A stretch of DNA of 64,000 nucleotides from an uncultured bacterium (GCA_913009335.1 CAJVXN010000006.1:562-64561); one strand, 5' to 3'; shown: positions 34,360-45,401, numbered from the stretch's first letter. Program-made: numbers and translations. The notes: generated by a model from the letters alone, not told the origin.

Positions 34360-34716
34360 AGATAAAAGGCAAGATGGCTACTCTTAGCGTAATTACGCTA
34401 AGAGAGGAAAGTCCGGGCTCCGGCAAGGCAACGTATCTCGATAATTTCGAGACATCCGCCTTAGGGTGGATAGGATAAGAGCCACAGAGACGAGTCTCCG
34501 TGTTTTTACGCGGAGGGTGAAACGCGGCAATCTCTACGTGGAGCAAGGTCATAAAGGAGGCGAGTCCGCCACAAACATTGGCGAGACAGGAACCAGCCTG
34601 GTTCGTTTGAGTCTCGGGTCGACTGCTTAAGATCCTGTAGCAATACGGGGTTAAAGATGAATGGTCATCATACCTGCCTGGCGACAGACAGGAACAAAAC
34701 CCGGCTTACCTTAAAT
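34360..34716 (+). ncRNA. rnpB: RNase P RNA (bacterial type A)
   Basis: GAGGAAAGTCCGGGCTCC (P4 5' strand) and ACAGGAACAAAACCCGGCTTAC (P4 3' strand); GGTGAAAC-type loops; 5' and 3' ends can pair (P1). Confidence 0.8.
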
Positions 34717-34800
34717 ATCTAAGGCATTAGTTCTATAAAATTTTTATGTTTACAATAAATATTACAATAGTTAATATGTGGAATAGAGGAGGATAAAAAT

Positions 34801-35550
34801 ATGTCAGGTCATTCAAAATGGGCAAGTATTAAACACAAAAAAGCTGCTACCGATGCTAAGCGCGGAGCATTATTTACAAAATTAATCAAGGAAATAAGTA
34901 TTGCAGCAAGGCAGGGTGGAGGAAGCATGGAAACCAACGCTGCGCTGCGTACAGCGGTTCAAAAGGCAAAAGGCAGTAATATGCCTTCCGATAATATAGA
35001 TCGCGCAATAAAAAAAGGCACGGGAGAGCTTCCCGGGGTTGTATACGAGTCGATAGTCTATGAAGGCTATGGCCCTGGAGGGGTAGCAATACTGGTTGAA
35101 GCCGTAACTGATAATAAAAACCGCGCATCAGCTGAAATACGCAATATTTTTTCTAAAAAAGGCGGTAATATGGCGGGGGCCGGATCAGTCAACTGGATGT
35201 TTACAAAAAAAGGATACATCCTAATAGCAAAAGATGCTTCAAGTGAAGAAGCACTTATGGATATCGTAATTAATGCTGGTGCTGAAGATATGAAGGTAGA
35301 GGGTGATTCCTACGAAATCATAAGTGGCCCTTCAGATTTTGAAGCAGTTAAACAGGCCTTAAGTGATAATAATATACCGACACAGACAGCTGAGCTTACA
35401 ATGATACCCAATTCTACCGTTAAGGTTACCGGACAAAGCGCAGGCACTCTTATTTCTCTGGTCGAAACGCTGGAGGAGCATGAAGATGTGCAAAAAGTCC
35501 ATGCGAATTTTGATATTCCGGATGAAGAATTAGAAAAAGCAAGCGAGTAG
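34801..35550 (+). CDS. yebC: YebC/PmpR-family transcriptional regulator
   Basis: MSGHSKWASIKHKKA... Confidence 0.85.
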   Translation: MSGHSKWASIKHKKAATDAKRGALFTKLIKEISIAARQGGGSMETNAALRTAVQKAKGSNMPSDNIDRAIKKGTGELPGVVYESIVYEGYGPGGVAILVEAVTDNKNRASAEIRNIFSKKGGNMAGAGSVNWMFTKKGYILIAKDASSEEALMDIVINAGAEDMKVEGDSYEIISGPSDFEAVKQALSDNNIPTQTAELTMIPNSTVKVTGQSAGTLISLVETLEEHEDVQKVHANFDIPDEELEKASE

Positions 35551-35675
35551 ATTGCTTAAGCCCGAATTTACATTTGTAAATTCGGGTGCCCCGACTGACA
35601 CAAAAAAATCTTCTTGAGATTTTTTTGGTCGGCCCTACGGGTAAATTTTCTAACAAAGCATGAAAATTTAGGCAT

Positions 35676-36152
35676 ATGCGTATTTTAGGCGTTGATCCGG
35701 GTCTTAGGATTTGTGGATATGGTGTAATCGACAGCTGTCATTCAAGTTTGAAGCTTGTAGAGGCAGGCATTGTTACTACAGATTCGAGCCAAAAGATAGA
35801 GCAACGACTAAATAAAATTCAGCGATCATTTAAAGAATTAATTCTCCAAACAAAGCCTAAGGTGCTAGTTTTGGAAAAGCTTTATTCTCACTATCGCCAT
35901 CCTACAACTGCCTGTATTCTTGGTCACGCGCGAGGGGTAATTTGTTCATTGTGCGGTGAATATAATATTGAATTAATTGAATATTCCGCGACCCGGATTA
36001 AAAAAGCGATTGTAGGCAGAGGACACGCCGGTAAGCTACAGATCAAAGGGATGATCCGCCGTATGTTCAATATTGATACGGCTTCATTTGCGACTGACGT
36101 TACCGATGCACTTGCGTTAGCTGTCGCGCATACAAGAATCGGTAAAACTTAA
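35676..36152 (+). CDS. ruvC: Holliday junction resolvase RuvC
   Basis: MRILGVDPGLRICGYGV. Confidence 0.85.
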   Translation: MRILGVDPGLRICGYGVIDSCHSSLKLVEAGIVTTDSSQKIEQRLNKIQRSFKELILQTKPKVLVLEKLYSHYRHPTTACILGHARGVICSLCGEYNIELIEYSATRIKKAIVGRGHAGKLQIKGMIRRMFNIDTASFATDVTDALALAVAHTRIGKT

Positions 36153-36160
36153 GGTTAGAT

Positions 36161-36784
36161 ATGATTGTTGAGATTGAAGGCAAGCTAATCCGTAGGAGTA
36201 GTGATTATTTAGTCATTGATATTGGTGGTATTTGTTACCAGATATTAGTTGCTCCCATGTTACTTGAAAGACTTGCCAATATTGTTGATGATGCCGGAAA
36301 AATAAAGCTGACCACTTATCACTACATGCAACAGGATCATTCTAAGACCGTTCCGGTTCTAATAGGTTTTTTAAGCGAAATAGAGAAAGATTTTTTCGAA
36401 AAATTCATTACTGTTTCCGGTATAGGCCCGAAAGCAGCCTTACGCGCGATAAATAAACCCTTTTCAACAATCGCGCGCGCAATAGATGAAGCAAACATGA
36501 GTTTTCTATGTAAATTGCCGGGGATAGGACAACAGAGAGCAAAACAGATAGTGGCAAAGCTGCAGGGTAAGGTGGGTAAATACGGTCTTATTAGAGATGC
36601 TGATACAAGCCTAGCTAAGGAAAAGAGCGATGAAACGTTTAAAGATGAAGCATTAGAAATACTGCTTCAGTTACAATACCGCCAGAGTGAGGCAAAAGCT
36701 ATGATTAATAAAGCTATGGTGAGGTCAAACAGTATCAATACAGCCGAAGACCTGCTTAACGAAGTTTATAAACAGCGGAAATAA
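36161..36784 (+). CDS. ruvA: Holliday junction branch-migration protein RuvA
   Basis: MIVEIEGKL...; HhH motifs GIGPKAALRAI and LPGIGQQRAKQIV. Confidence 0.8.
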   Translation: MIVEIEGKLIRRSSDYLVIDIGGICYQILVAPMLLERLANIVDDAGKIKLTTYHYMQQDHSKTVPVLIGFLSEIEKDFFEKFITVSGIGPKAALRAINKPFSTIARAIDEANMSFLCKLPGIGQQRAKQIVAKLQGKVGKYGLIRDADTSLAKEKSDETFKDEALEILLQLQYRQSEAKAMINKAMVRSNSINTAEDLLNEVYKQRK

Positions 36785-36786
36785 AT

Positions 36787-37428
36787 ATGAAAAACGAAAA
36801 ATATGTAATAGAGTCTTTTTTGTTTGTTTCCGGAGGACCATTGCTAATTGATCAGGTAAAAGGCGTATTGGATCATTTAGATCCACATGCCATACGGAAC
36901 TTATTTAATGAATTAAAAACTGAGTACGAAGATAATGGTCGCGGCATAAAGATAGTTGAAATAGCCGGTGGGTTTCAAATGGTGACTAATCCTGATTTTT
37001 CAGATTATCTTAAAAAATACTATAAACGCAAACATGTTGAAAGACTCAGTCGTCCTGCTTTAGAGACGCTGGCTATAATTGCCTATAAGCAGCCGATAAC
37101 ACGCTTGGATATTGAATCAATCCGGGGCGTAAATACTGATGGGGTAACCAGAAATCTATCCGATAAAGGTTTAATTCGTATAGTTGGTAGAAAGGATATT
37201 AGCGGCAGACCGTTTGTTTACGGGACAACAAAACAATTCCTGGAGTATTTCGGCCTAAGTTCTTTGGGTGAATTACCCAAGATGGAAGAATTTAGTAATT
37301 TGCTCACCCGTAACGATAAAAAGAAAAACTCTTCAAATAATGAAAAAACCAATGATTCCAGCGAGGTAAAAGATACAGATACTTCATCGCCCCAAAACAA
37401 GGCGACTAGCGATGCATTAGGAGGATAG
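36787..37428 (+). CDS. scpB: Segregation and condensation protein B
   Basis: IESFLFVSGGPL; winged-helix regions; acidic/low-complexity tail. Confidence 0.7.
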   Translation: MKNEKYVIESFLFVSGGPLLIDQVKGVLDHLDPHAIRNLFNELKTEYEDNGRGIKIVEIAGGFQMVTNPDFSDYLKKYYKRKHVERLSRPALETLAIIAYKQPITRLDIESIRGVNTDGVTRNLSDKGLIRIVGRKDISGRPFVYGTTKQFLEYFGLSSLGELPKMEEFSNLLTRNDKKKNSSNNEKTNDSSEVKDTDTSSPQNKATSDALGG

Positions 37429-37429
37429 C

Positions 37430-38491
37430 ATGAATTTAGAAGAATTCCGTAAGAAAATAGACTGTTTAGATACAAGAATAATAAAATTTCTTAACCAGCG
37501 CGCGAAAATGAGTTTAAAAATCGGTAAAGTAAAATCTAAGTCTAAATATCCGGTATACTCTCCGGACCGTGAAAGCAAAGTTTTGTCACGACTTACTAAG
37601 ATCAATAAGGGGCCGGTAACTACAGATGCGCTAATTGCTATTTATCGTGAAATTATGTCATCCAGCCTTTCACTTGAGAAAAACCTGAAAATTTCTTATC
37701 TTGGGCCCAAGGCAACATTCACTCATTTAGCAGCGTTAAAAAAATTCGGCGCATCCGTTGATTATTTGCCTGCCCATTCAATTAGCGATGTATTTATTAA
37801 TGTTGAACAAGATATAGCTGATTATGGCGTAATACCCGTTGAGAATTCTATCGAAGGAGCGATAACGCACACCTTAGATATGCTGGCAGATTCATCCTTA
37901 AATATATGCGCTCAACTTAAATTGTCTGTATCGCACAATCTGCTTTCACGTTATAAAAAAGAACAGATTACAAAGATTTATTCAAATCCACAGGTATTCG
38001 GCCAATGTCGTCTGTGGCTTAAGATGAATATGCCTCATGTTGAACTGATTGAAGTTTCCAGTACGAGCCGTGCCGCTGAAATTTGCAAGAAAGAAAAAAA
38101 ATCCGGCTGTATTGCTTCACAGCTTGCCGCAAAACTATACAAGTTAAAGATAATCGCGAAGGCGATAGAAGATACAAGACACAATGTTACGCGTTTCTTG
38201 GTCCTAGGAAAAAACGATGTCGGCCCAACAGGTAAAGATAAAACATCTATTGTTTTTTCCGTAAAAGATAAGGTGGGCGCGCTTCATGCGATGCTTTTAC
38301 CTTTTAAAAAGCACGGAATAAACCTTACTAAGATCGAATCACGGCCTTCAAAAAGAAAAGCCTGGGATTATTTTTTCTTTGTCGATCTTGAGGGACACAT
38401 CCAGGATGAAAAAATTAAAAAAGCAACTCTGGAATTAAATAAACAGGCAAGGTTTTTTAGAATTCTTGGTTCGTATCCGGCAATCGATTAA
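37430..38491 (+). CDS. pheA: Bifunctional chorismate mutase/prephenate dehydratase
   Basis: N-terminal chorismate-mutase helix; LGPKATFTH, ESRPSK and ACT domain. Confidence 0.85.
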   Translation: MNLEEFRKKIDCLDTRIIKFLNQRAKMSLKIGKVKSKSKYPVYSPDRESKVLSRLTKINKGPVTTDALIAIYREIMSSSLSLEKNLKISYLGPKATFTHLAALKKFGASVDYLPAHSISDVFINVEQDIADYGVIPVENSIEGAITHTLDMLADSSLNICAQLKLSVSHNLLSRYKKEQITKIYSNPQVFGQCRLWLKMNMPHVELIEVSSTSRAAEICKKEKKSGCIASQLAAKLYKLKIIAKAIEDTRHNVTRFLVLGKNDVGPTGKDKTSIVFSVKDKVGALHAMLLPFKKHGINLTKIESRPSKRKAWDYFFFVDLEGHIQDEKIKKATLELNKQARFFRILGSYPAID

Positions 38492-38523
38492 ATATCGCTG
38501 TAATTTAATCAAAGGAGGGATAA

Positions 38524-39069
38524 TTGCTAACACGCCATAATTTACGATCCGCTTTCACCCTGCTGGAATTAATGATTGTTGTTATAATTATCGGGCTTAT
38601 CGCAGGTATGGCGATGCCTCAATTCCATAAAATGATCGAAGAGGCTAAAATACGAGAAGCAAAAAGCATCTTAAGAGCAATTCGGGGTGCTGAGAAGATA
38701 TTTAAAGCTGAGACTACTATTAACGGGACTTATGTGGGGGTGGATATCGATCCATCCGGTTATCCACAGGGAAATTGCGATGGCGCCGCTTGTGTCGATA
38801 AAAGGGCTAATTGGGCATTGTTGAATATCGATGTTTCCGATAGCGCGGATTGGCGGTACGGAGCAGCCATTGAGCCCCCGAACGGATGCAATGCCCCGCC
38901 GGGAGACTGGGGTACCAATAATAACAACCTGATGGTTGTGCCCTGGGCCCAGCGTCAGCGCGGAGTCAACATTGGAGAGGTACTTCATATACAAATGGCT
39001 AGCGGAGATTTTATACCCGCTACAGGATTAGATACCAGTATTACTGTCGACTGTACTCAGCAGAGATAA
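38524..39069 (+). CDS. Type IV pilin/pseudopilin-like protein (prepilin N-terminal methylation motif)
   Basis: AFTLLELMIVVIIIGLIAGMAMP class-III signal. Confidence 0.6.
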   Translation: MLTRHNLRSAFTLLELMIVVIIIGLIAGMAMPQFHKMIEEAKIREAKSILRAIRGAEKIFKAETTINGTYVGVDIDPSGYPQGNCDGAACVDKRANWALLNIDVSDSADWRYGAAIEPPNGCNAPPGDWGTNNNNLMVVPWAQRQRGVNIGEVLHIQMASGDFIPATGLDTSITVDCTQQR

Positions 39070-39201
39070 TTTATACATTCGCGGCCAAAAAAACAGACGT
39101 TCAGTATTTCGCTTCAATAAACCGCGGGCTTTCTTTCAACAGGCTCAGGATGGTGAGCAAAGTCGAACTACAGTCCGCAGAACTTCATTTTATAGTGATT
39201 T

Positions 39202-40278
39202 ATGATTACGAATAATATAGTAAAACTTACTCCTTATAAAACCGGAAAACCCATAGAAGAGGTACAAAGAGAGCTGGGTCTTGCACGTATAATAAAACTT
39301 GCTTCTAATGAAAGTCCGTTTACCTCGAAAAAGGCAAAAGATGCTATACTTAATAGTCTTAATCAGATTAATCGTTATCCTGACGGAAACTGTTTTTATC
39401 TAAAACAAAAACTGGCGGAGAATTTAAAAGTAAAGCCGAATAATCTGCTTATTGGCAACGGCTCTGATGAAGTTATCGATATAATCATAAAAACTTTTGT
39501 CTGTGCCAGTGAAGAAATAATTACCGCCAAAACAACATTTCTAGAATATGAAATCGTCGGAAAGATAAACAACCGAAAAGTCAAAACCATACCACTTAAA
39601 AATTTTAAATACGACCTTCCAGGGATAAAAAGAGCAATAACTAAAAAAACAAAGGTTATTTTTATCGCGAATCCAAATAACCCCACAGGTACCTATCTTA
39701 ATAAGAAAGAATTAAAAAGTTTTCTTAAGAATCTGCCTTCACGGATAATTGTTGTACTTGATGAGGCCTACAATGAATTTGTTAATCTAGCGGATTCTAC
39801 TTACGCTGGTAAGTATCTGCGTAATAAAAATGTAATAATTCTACGAACATTTTCCAAGATTTACGGCCTGGCAGGACTACGAATTGGTTACGCGGTAGCA
39901 TCCGCTAGATTTGTTAGCTTTATGGATAAAGTTCGTCCGCCGTTTAACGTAAATAGTCTAGCTCAAGCTGCGGCATTAGCAGTAATAGGTCAAAAACAAT
40001 TTATTAGCAAAGTTCGTAAGCTAACACTCAAAGAGAAAAAATATCTGTATCTATCATTAGACCGCATGAAAATTTCTTATGTGCCGTCTGAAACAAATTT
40101 CATCCTCATAGATACAAAAAAAGATTCGGTTAAAGTTTTTAATGACTTCTTGCGCCTTGGAATAATCGTGCGTGATATGACGCAATACGGATTGAAAAAT
40201 TTTATCCGTGTCACAATAGGAACATCCAGTGAAAACAAGGCGTTTATTAAAGCATTAAAATCGGTCCTGGGAGCATGA
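39202..40278 (+). CDS. hisC: Histidinol-phosphate/aromatic aminotransferase (class II)
   Basis: LASNESPF, IANPNNPTGT, FSKIYGLAGLRIGY (PLP lysine). Confidence 0.8.
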   Translation: MITNNIVKLTPYKTGKPIEEVQRELGLARIIKLASNESPFTSKKAKDAILNSLNQINRYPDGNCFYLKQKLAENLKVKPNNLLIGNGSDEVIDIIIKTFVCASEEIITAKTTFLEYEIVGKINNRKVKTIPLKNFKYDLPGIKRAITKKTKVIFIANPNNPTGTYLNKKELKSFLKNLPSRIIVVLDEAYNEFVNLADSTYAGKYLRNKNVIILRTFSKIYGLAGLRIGYAVASARFVSFMDKVRPPFNVNSLAQAAALAVIGQKQFISKVRKLTLKEKKYLYLSLDRMKISYVPSETNFILIDTKKDSVKVFNDFLRLGIIVRDMTQYGLKNFIRVTIGTSSENKAFIKALKSVLGA

Positions 40279-40328
40279 ACATGAATATAAATGTAGTCTA
40301 ACGAAGTACTCCAATAGTAAAGCGCTGG

Positions 40329-40423
40329 AAAATTTATTCTAAATTTTCTTGCAACTATCGGAGTCAATTCGACCAAATAACTTATTTCAGCCTTCGGCTT
40401 CCATAAGTTATGGTCTCATTGAA
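40329..40423 (+). promoter_or_regulatory. Conserved ~95-nt leader (copy 2) upstream of the DAHP synthase gene
   Basis: ~85% identical to 14556-14650, with compensatory changes in the inner stem. Confidence 0.5.
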
Positions 40424-41440
40424 ATGATTATTGTTTTAAAATCTACTGCGACAAAAGCACAAATTGACCACATTAAAGAGCGAGTAACAAAATTAGGCCT
40501 AACGCCTCTTGTCTCAAAAGGAACCGAACGTACGATTATCGGCGTAATCGGCCCTGAGGATGTATTGCGCATTACCCCTCTGGAAGTTTTCCCTGGTGTT
40601 GAAAAAGTAATGTCTGTTTTACCGCCGTATAAATTAGCTTCTCGTGAATTTAAAAAAGAAGGTTCTGTTATAAAGATCTCGGATAAGCTTTCAATTGGCG
40701 CAAAACAAATTGTTGTTATGGCGGGCCCGTGCTCAATAGAAAATTTTGATACGGTTTATGAAATAGCAAAATCCGTGCATGGCTCAGGTGCAGCAGTTTT
40801 ACGCGGCGGAGCCTTTAAGCCTCGAACATCCCCGTATAGTTTTCAGGGTTTGGGGGAAGAAGGGTTAAAGCATTTAAGCCGCGCTGCGGGCGATTTTGGG
40901 CTGGCAACAGTAACAGAAGTTATGGATACGCGCGATGTTGCGTTAGTTGCCAAATATGCCGATATTTTACAAATCGGTGCCCGTAATATGCAGAATTTTA
41001 ATTTACTAAAAGAAGTAGGCTTAACAAAAAAACCGGTGATGCTAAAACGCGGCTTATCTTCCACGATAAAAGATTTACTAATGAGCGCGGAATATATTTT
41101 ATCTCAGGGGAATCTTAATGTAATCTTATGCGAGAGAGGCATAAGAACGTTTGAAGACTATTCACGTAATACACTGGATATTACAGCAGTTCCGGCGGTT
41201 AAAGAATTATCTCATCTACCCATAGTCATTGATCCTTCGCATGCAGCCGGAAAATGGGGCTTGGTTTCTTCTTTATCTAAGGCGGGTATTGCTGCCGGAT
41301 GTGACGGGCTTATAATTGAGGTACATTCTCACCCGGAAGACGCATTTTCTGATGGCGCGCAATCGCTTCTTCCTGAAAAATTTTCAAAATTAATGAAAGA
41401 ACTAAAGCCTCTGGCGAAGGTATTAGGAAAAGAAATATAA
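40349..41440 (+). CDS. aroF: 3-deoxy-7-phosphoheptulonate (DAHP) synthase with N-terminal regulatory domain; likely true start is the ATG at 40424
   Basis: MIIVLKSTATKAQIDHIKE (ACT/ferredoxin-like N-domain); VMAGPCSIEN; LRGGAFKPRTSPYSFQG. Confidence 0.8.
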   Translation: MQLSESIRPNNLFQPSASISYGLIEMIIVLKSTATKAQIDHIKERVTKLGLTPLVSKGTERTIIGVIGPEDVLRITPLEVFPGVEKVMSVLPPYKLASREFKKEGSVIKISDKLSIGAKQIVVMAGPCSIENFDTVYEIAKSVHGSGAAVLRGGAFKPRTSPYSFQGLGEEGLKHLSRAAGDFGLATVTEVMDTRDVALVAKYADILQIGARNMQNFNLLKEVGLTKKPVMLKRGLSSTIKDLLMSAEYILSQGNLNVILCERGIRTFEDYSRNTLDITAVPAVKELSHLPIVIDPSHAAGKWGLVSSLSKAGIAAGCDGLIIEVHSHPEDAFSDGAQSLLPEKFSKLMKELKPLAKVLGKEI

Positions 41441-41450
41441 CTAAGTAATC

Positions 41451-42296
41451 ATGAGCAAGATTTTTAATAAGGTAGCAATTATAGGTTTGGGTTTAATCGG
41501 AGGATCTTTAGGTATTAGTATAAGGAAAAATCATATTGCCTCTAAAGTTATCGGTTTCTCACGAAAGAGCTCCACGCTAAAACACGCAAAAAAAATCGGC
41601 GCGATTGATGAAGGGAGTAAGAATTTTAAATTACTCAAAGATTGTGATCTGGTAATTCTTTCTGCTCCCGTTAAAACAATAATTGATCAAATCAAAATAA
41701 TTTCTCCCCTTCTTTCCAAGGATTGTTTAATAATTGATGTGGGCAGTACAAAATTTGAGATTATTCAGACGGCAGAAAAATTCTTGGATAGAAAAGTTGA
41801 TTTTATCGGTATGCACCCTTTAGCAGGGTCTGAAAAAAGAGGGATTAAGAATGCCGGAAGAATGCTTTTTACTGGTTCTCTATGCATATTAACACCGACA
41901 AAAAGAAATAAACCAAAAAATGTCTTAAAAGTGAAGCAACTATGGAAAAAATTAGGCGCGCGGACTGTCGCGCTTACTCCGTTAGAGCACGATAAGGTTA
42001 TTGCTTTTACCAGTCATCTGCCGCATTTAACTGCGTTTAGCCTGATAAGCTCACCCCCTAATAATTACCTAAAATACGCCTCAGGAGGCCTAAAGGATAT
42101 TACGCGTGTTGCCGGGTCTGATGCTATGCTTTGGGCAGACATTTTTTTTACTAACAAGGAACAGATATTAAATTCGATTTCCTCGCTAGAGAATCAATTA
42201 TCTGAATTTAAAGATATAATCCGGCATGATAGGCAAGATAAACTTATTAAAAAACTAGAGGCGGCAAAGTTAAAGCGAAATAAACTTTCGTACTGA
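41451..42296 (+). CDS. tyrA: Prephenate dehydrogenase
   Basis: VAIIGLGLIGGSLG Rossmann; HPLAGSE. Confidence 0.75.
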   Translation: MSKIFNKVAIIGLGLIGGSLGISIRKNHIASKVIGFSRKSSTLKHAKKIGAIDEGSKNFKLLKDCDLVILSAPVKTIIDQIKIISPLLSKDCLIIDVGSTKFEIIQTAEKFLDRKVDFIGMHPLAGSEKRGIKNAGRMLFTGSLCILTPTKRNKPKNVLKVKQLWKKLGARTVALTPLEHDKVIAFTSHLPHLTAFSLISSPPNNYLKYASGGLKDITRVAGSDAMLWADIFFTNKEQILNSISSLENQLSEFKDIIRHDRQDKLIKKLEAAKLKRNKLSY

Positions 42297-42302
42297 TAAT
42301 AG

Positions 42303-42968
42303 ATGGATAAAAGCGTCATCGTGGCTATTGATGGTCCGGCTGGTTCAGGAAAGAGTACTATTACCAAAATCGTAGCCGAAAAATTAAAGTTATTATATAT
42401 TGATACTGGCGCTATGTATCGGGCTATTACCCTTGCGGTGATACAGCATAACCTTAAAACAAGCGATACTGTTTCCGTAATTAAACTTGCCAAAAACTCC
42501 ACTATTGGGCTCAAACGCATTAAAGGTGGATCCCTTCAGGTAATTCTGAATAATAAAGACGTAACTGAAGATATACGCACGCAGGATGTTAATGCTCGCG
42601 TATCTGACATTGCCAAGATTGGAGAAATCAGGAAAATCATGGTCTCGCAACAGCGCCAACTAGGGAAGAACGGCGGTGTTGTGCTTGAAGGAAGAGATAT
42701 CGGAACAGTTGTTTTTCCGGATGCGAAGTTTAAGTTTTTTTTAGATGCAACAGTTTCAGAGCGCGCAAAAAGACGTTTTCTGGAGGTTAAGGATAAATAT
42801 AATGTAACTTATGAGGAAATTGAGCAAAGCGTAAAAAATCGGGATAAAATTGATTCCGAAAGAGATATAGGTCCGCTTAAAAAAGCAGATGATGCAATAT
42901 CCATCGATACAACAAATATGAAGATTGAAGAAGTAGTAAACACTATCTTAAATTACATCTCTAAATAA
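42303..42968 (+). CDS. cmk: Cytidylate kinase
   Basis: IVAIDGPAGSGKSTI, YIDTGAMYRA. Confidence 0.85.
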   Translation: MDKSVIVAIDGPAGSGKSTITKIVAEKLKLLYIDTGAMYRAITLAVIQHNLKTSDTVSVIKLAKNSTIGLKRIKGGSLQVILNNKDVTEDIRTQDVNARVSDIAKIGEIRKIMVSQQRQLGKNGGVVLEGRDIGTVVFPDAKFKFFLDATVSERAKRRFLEVKDKYNVTYEEIEQSVKNRDKIDSERDIGPLKKADDAISIDTTNMKIEEVVNTILNYISK

Positions 42969-42972
42969 ACTT

Positions 42973-44769
42973 ATGGATAAATCATTAATACGTAATTTTT
43001 CGATTATTGCGCATATTGATCATGGGAAATCTACGCTTGCTGACAGAATTTTGGATAAAACGGCTACGCTTGATAAGCGTCAGATACGTGAGCAAATATT
43101 AGATGATATGGAATTAGAACGTGAGCGAGGTATTACCATTAAAGCTTCTGCTGTGCGCATCAAATATAAAGCTCATGACTCGCGAACATACATATTTAAT
43201 TTAATTGATACTCCCGGGCATGTTGATTTTACTTACGAGGTATCAAAATCCATTGCTGCCTGTGAAGGAGCACTGCTGATAGTTGACGCATCTCAAGGCA
43301 TAGAAGCTCAAACAGTGGCAAATTTTTATCTTGCGCGCGAACATAATTTAACCGTCATACCCATAATAAACAAGATAGACTTACCCAGTATAGATCTTGT
43401 GGAAGTTAAAAAACAATTGGTAGACATATTAAGGTTTGAAGAAGATGAAATTATTTTAGCTTCCGCAAAGACTGGCACGGGAATTGATGAGATACTCGAG
43501 CGAATAGTTAAGGTTATTTCTCCTCCCCACGGAGATCCGGATGCAAATTTACAGGCATTGATATTTGATTCGGTATTTGATGTTTACCGAGGAGTCATTG
43601 TTTATGTCAAGGTTGTTAACGGGAAAATACGTAAGGGGGACAAAATTACAATAATGCAGGCAAAGTTAGATTATAAAATCGAAGAATTAGGAGTGATAGA
43701 AGATTTAAAGCCTTCTCCAGTCGATGAGCTTATTGCGGGAGAAGTAGGTTATTTTATCGCGAATATAAAAAGTGCAAACAATATAACAGTGGGAGACACA
43801 ATTACAACTGTTGAGAACCCTGCTAAATTAACCTTATCCGGATACAAGGAAATAAAACCTTTGGTTTTCTGCGGCATATACCCTGTTAACTCCGCTGATT
43901 TTTCTAACTTGCGTGTGGCAATGGAGAAACTAAAACTTTCTGATGCTTCATTTGTTTACGAACCGGAAGGATCAATATCTTTTGGGCATGGTTTTAGATG
44001 CGGATTTTTAGGACTCCTGCATATGGAAATAGTCCAGGAAAGACTTGAACGTGAACACAAGCTAAACCTCATTATTACAACCCCTAATGTTGCCTATAGC
44101 GTAAAAAAGAAAAACGGTAAAATTATCAAGGTAGATAATCCGGCAAAACTTCCAGAGCCTCCGGAAATTGAAGAAGTTGAGGAGCCGTATGTTAAAACAT
44201 TCATGCTTATCCCTACGGAATCCTTAAATTCGGTCTGCGAGATGGCAAAAGATAGACGGGGAATTTATGATACCAGTGAATATTTAAGCGATAGCAAGGT
44301 AAGGGTAACATTTGATATGCCTCTTTCGGAGATAATCGTTGATTTCTATGATAAAATAAAATCCGCGACGCGCGGATACGGATCTTTGGATTATGAGTTT
44401 GAAGGATATTTCCCGGCTAAAATTGTAAAATTAGATATTTTAATTAACAAGAAAATTTGTGATGCCTTCTCGTTATTGGTCCATAAAGATAAGGCTCAAC
44501 TTAAGGCAAGAGCCTTAGTTGCAAAACTTAGAGAACTTATCCCTCGGCAATTATTTGAAGTAAGCATTCAGGCATCAATCGGAAGTCAGATCATTGCTTC
44601 AGAAAAAATCCGTTCTGTGGGGAAGTCCGTTACTTCGAAATGTTACGGAGGGGACATTACAAGAAAAAATAAATTGCGTGAAAAACAACGCGCAGGTAAA
44701 AAACGCATGAAACAATTCGGAAGTGTTGAGATTCCTCAGGAGGCTTTCCTGGCGGTGTTAAAAATCTAG
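42973..44769 (+). CDS. lepA: Elongation factor 4
   Basis: IRNFSIIAHIDHGKSTLADRIL, DTPGHVDF. Confidence 0.9.
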   Translation: MDKSLIRNFSIIAHIDHGKSTLADRILDKTATLDKRQIREQILDDMELERERGITIKASAVRIKYKAHDSRTYIFNLIDTPGHVDFTYEVSKSIAACEGALLIVDASQGIEAQTVANFYLAREHNLTVIPIINKIDLPSIDLVEVKKQLVDILRFEEDEIILASAKTGTGIDEILERIVKVISPPHGDPDANLQALIFDSVFDVYRGVIVYVKVVNGKIRKGDKITIMQAKLDYKIEELGVIEDLKPSPVDELIAGEVGYFIANIKSANNITVGDTITTVENPAKLTLSGYKEIKPLVFCGIYPVNSADFSNLRVAMEKLKLSDASFVYEPEGSISFGHGFRCGFLGLLHMEIVQERLEREHKLNLIITTPNVAYSVKKKNGKIIKVDNPAKLPEPPEIEEVEEPYVKTFMLIPTESLNSVCEMAKDRRGIYDTSEYLSDSKVRVTFDMPLSEIIVDFYDKIKSATRGYGSLDYEFEGYFPAKIVKLDILINKKICDAFSLLVHKDKAQLKARALVAKLRELIPRQLFEVSIQASIGSQIIASEKIRSVGKSVTSKCYGGDITRKNKLREKQRAGKKRMKQFGSVEIPQEAFLAVLKI

Positions 44770-44778
44770 AAAAGGGGT

Positions 44779-45372
44779 ATGATGATTCAAAAAATCAAAC
44801 AATTTATCAAGAGTCCGGGATTTCGGGAATGGCTAGATGCGGCAAAAGTCGCCCTAATTTTATTTTTGATTATTCGCACATTTGTGGTACAGGCGTTTAA
44901 AATCCCTACCGGTTCAATGATTCCTACTTTAAAAGTAGGAGACATGCTCTTAGTTAGCAAGTTTTGGTATGGGGCAAAAATTCCTTTTACGGATATGCGC
45001 CTTCCCGGATTATCCAAACCTAAGCGAGGGGATGTAATGGTATTTTTATATCCGGTAGATAAAAAGCGTGACTTCATAAAACGCATTGTCGGTTTAGGCG
45101 GAGAGACTATCGAGATAAAAGACGGTAAAATCTATGCTGATGATAAAGTAATTGATGATATCAAAATAAGTCAAAGATTTTATTATAATAGAGGTCAATA
45201 CGCAAGTAACGGGCGTAAAATTCAGGTTCCGGAGAATAGTTATTTTGTTTTGGGTGATAATAGCGCTTCAAGCCATGATAGCCGATATTGGGGTTTCGTA
45301 TCCAAGGATTACTTGATTGGTAAGGCATTTGTAATTTACTGGCCCCCAAATAGAATTCGGTTAATTAAGTAG
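44779..45372 (+). CDS. lepB: Signal peptidase I
   Basis: GSMIPTL (Ser box), RIVGLGGETIE, GDNSASSHDSRYWG. Confidence 0.85.
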   Translation: MMIQKIKQFIKSPGFREWLDAAKVALILFLIIRTFVVQAFKIPTGSMIPTLKVGDMLLVSKFWYGAKIPFTDMRLPGLSKPKRGDVMVFLYPVDKKRDFIKRIVGLGGETIEIKDGKIYADDKVIDDIKISQRFYYNRGQYASNGRKIQVPENSYFVLGDNSASSHDSRYWGFVSKDYLIGKAFVIYWPPNRIRLIK

Positions 45373-45401
45373 TTGACAGGAAAATAATAATATAATACTA
45401 T
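45373..45401 (+). promoter_or_regulatory. Candidate sigma70 promoter (TTGACA, 17 bp, TACTAT)
   Basis: Motif match upstream of the lipoprotein gene. Confidence 0.4.
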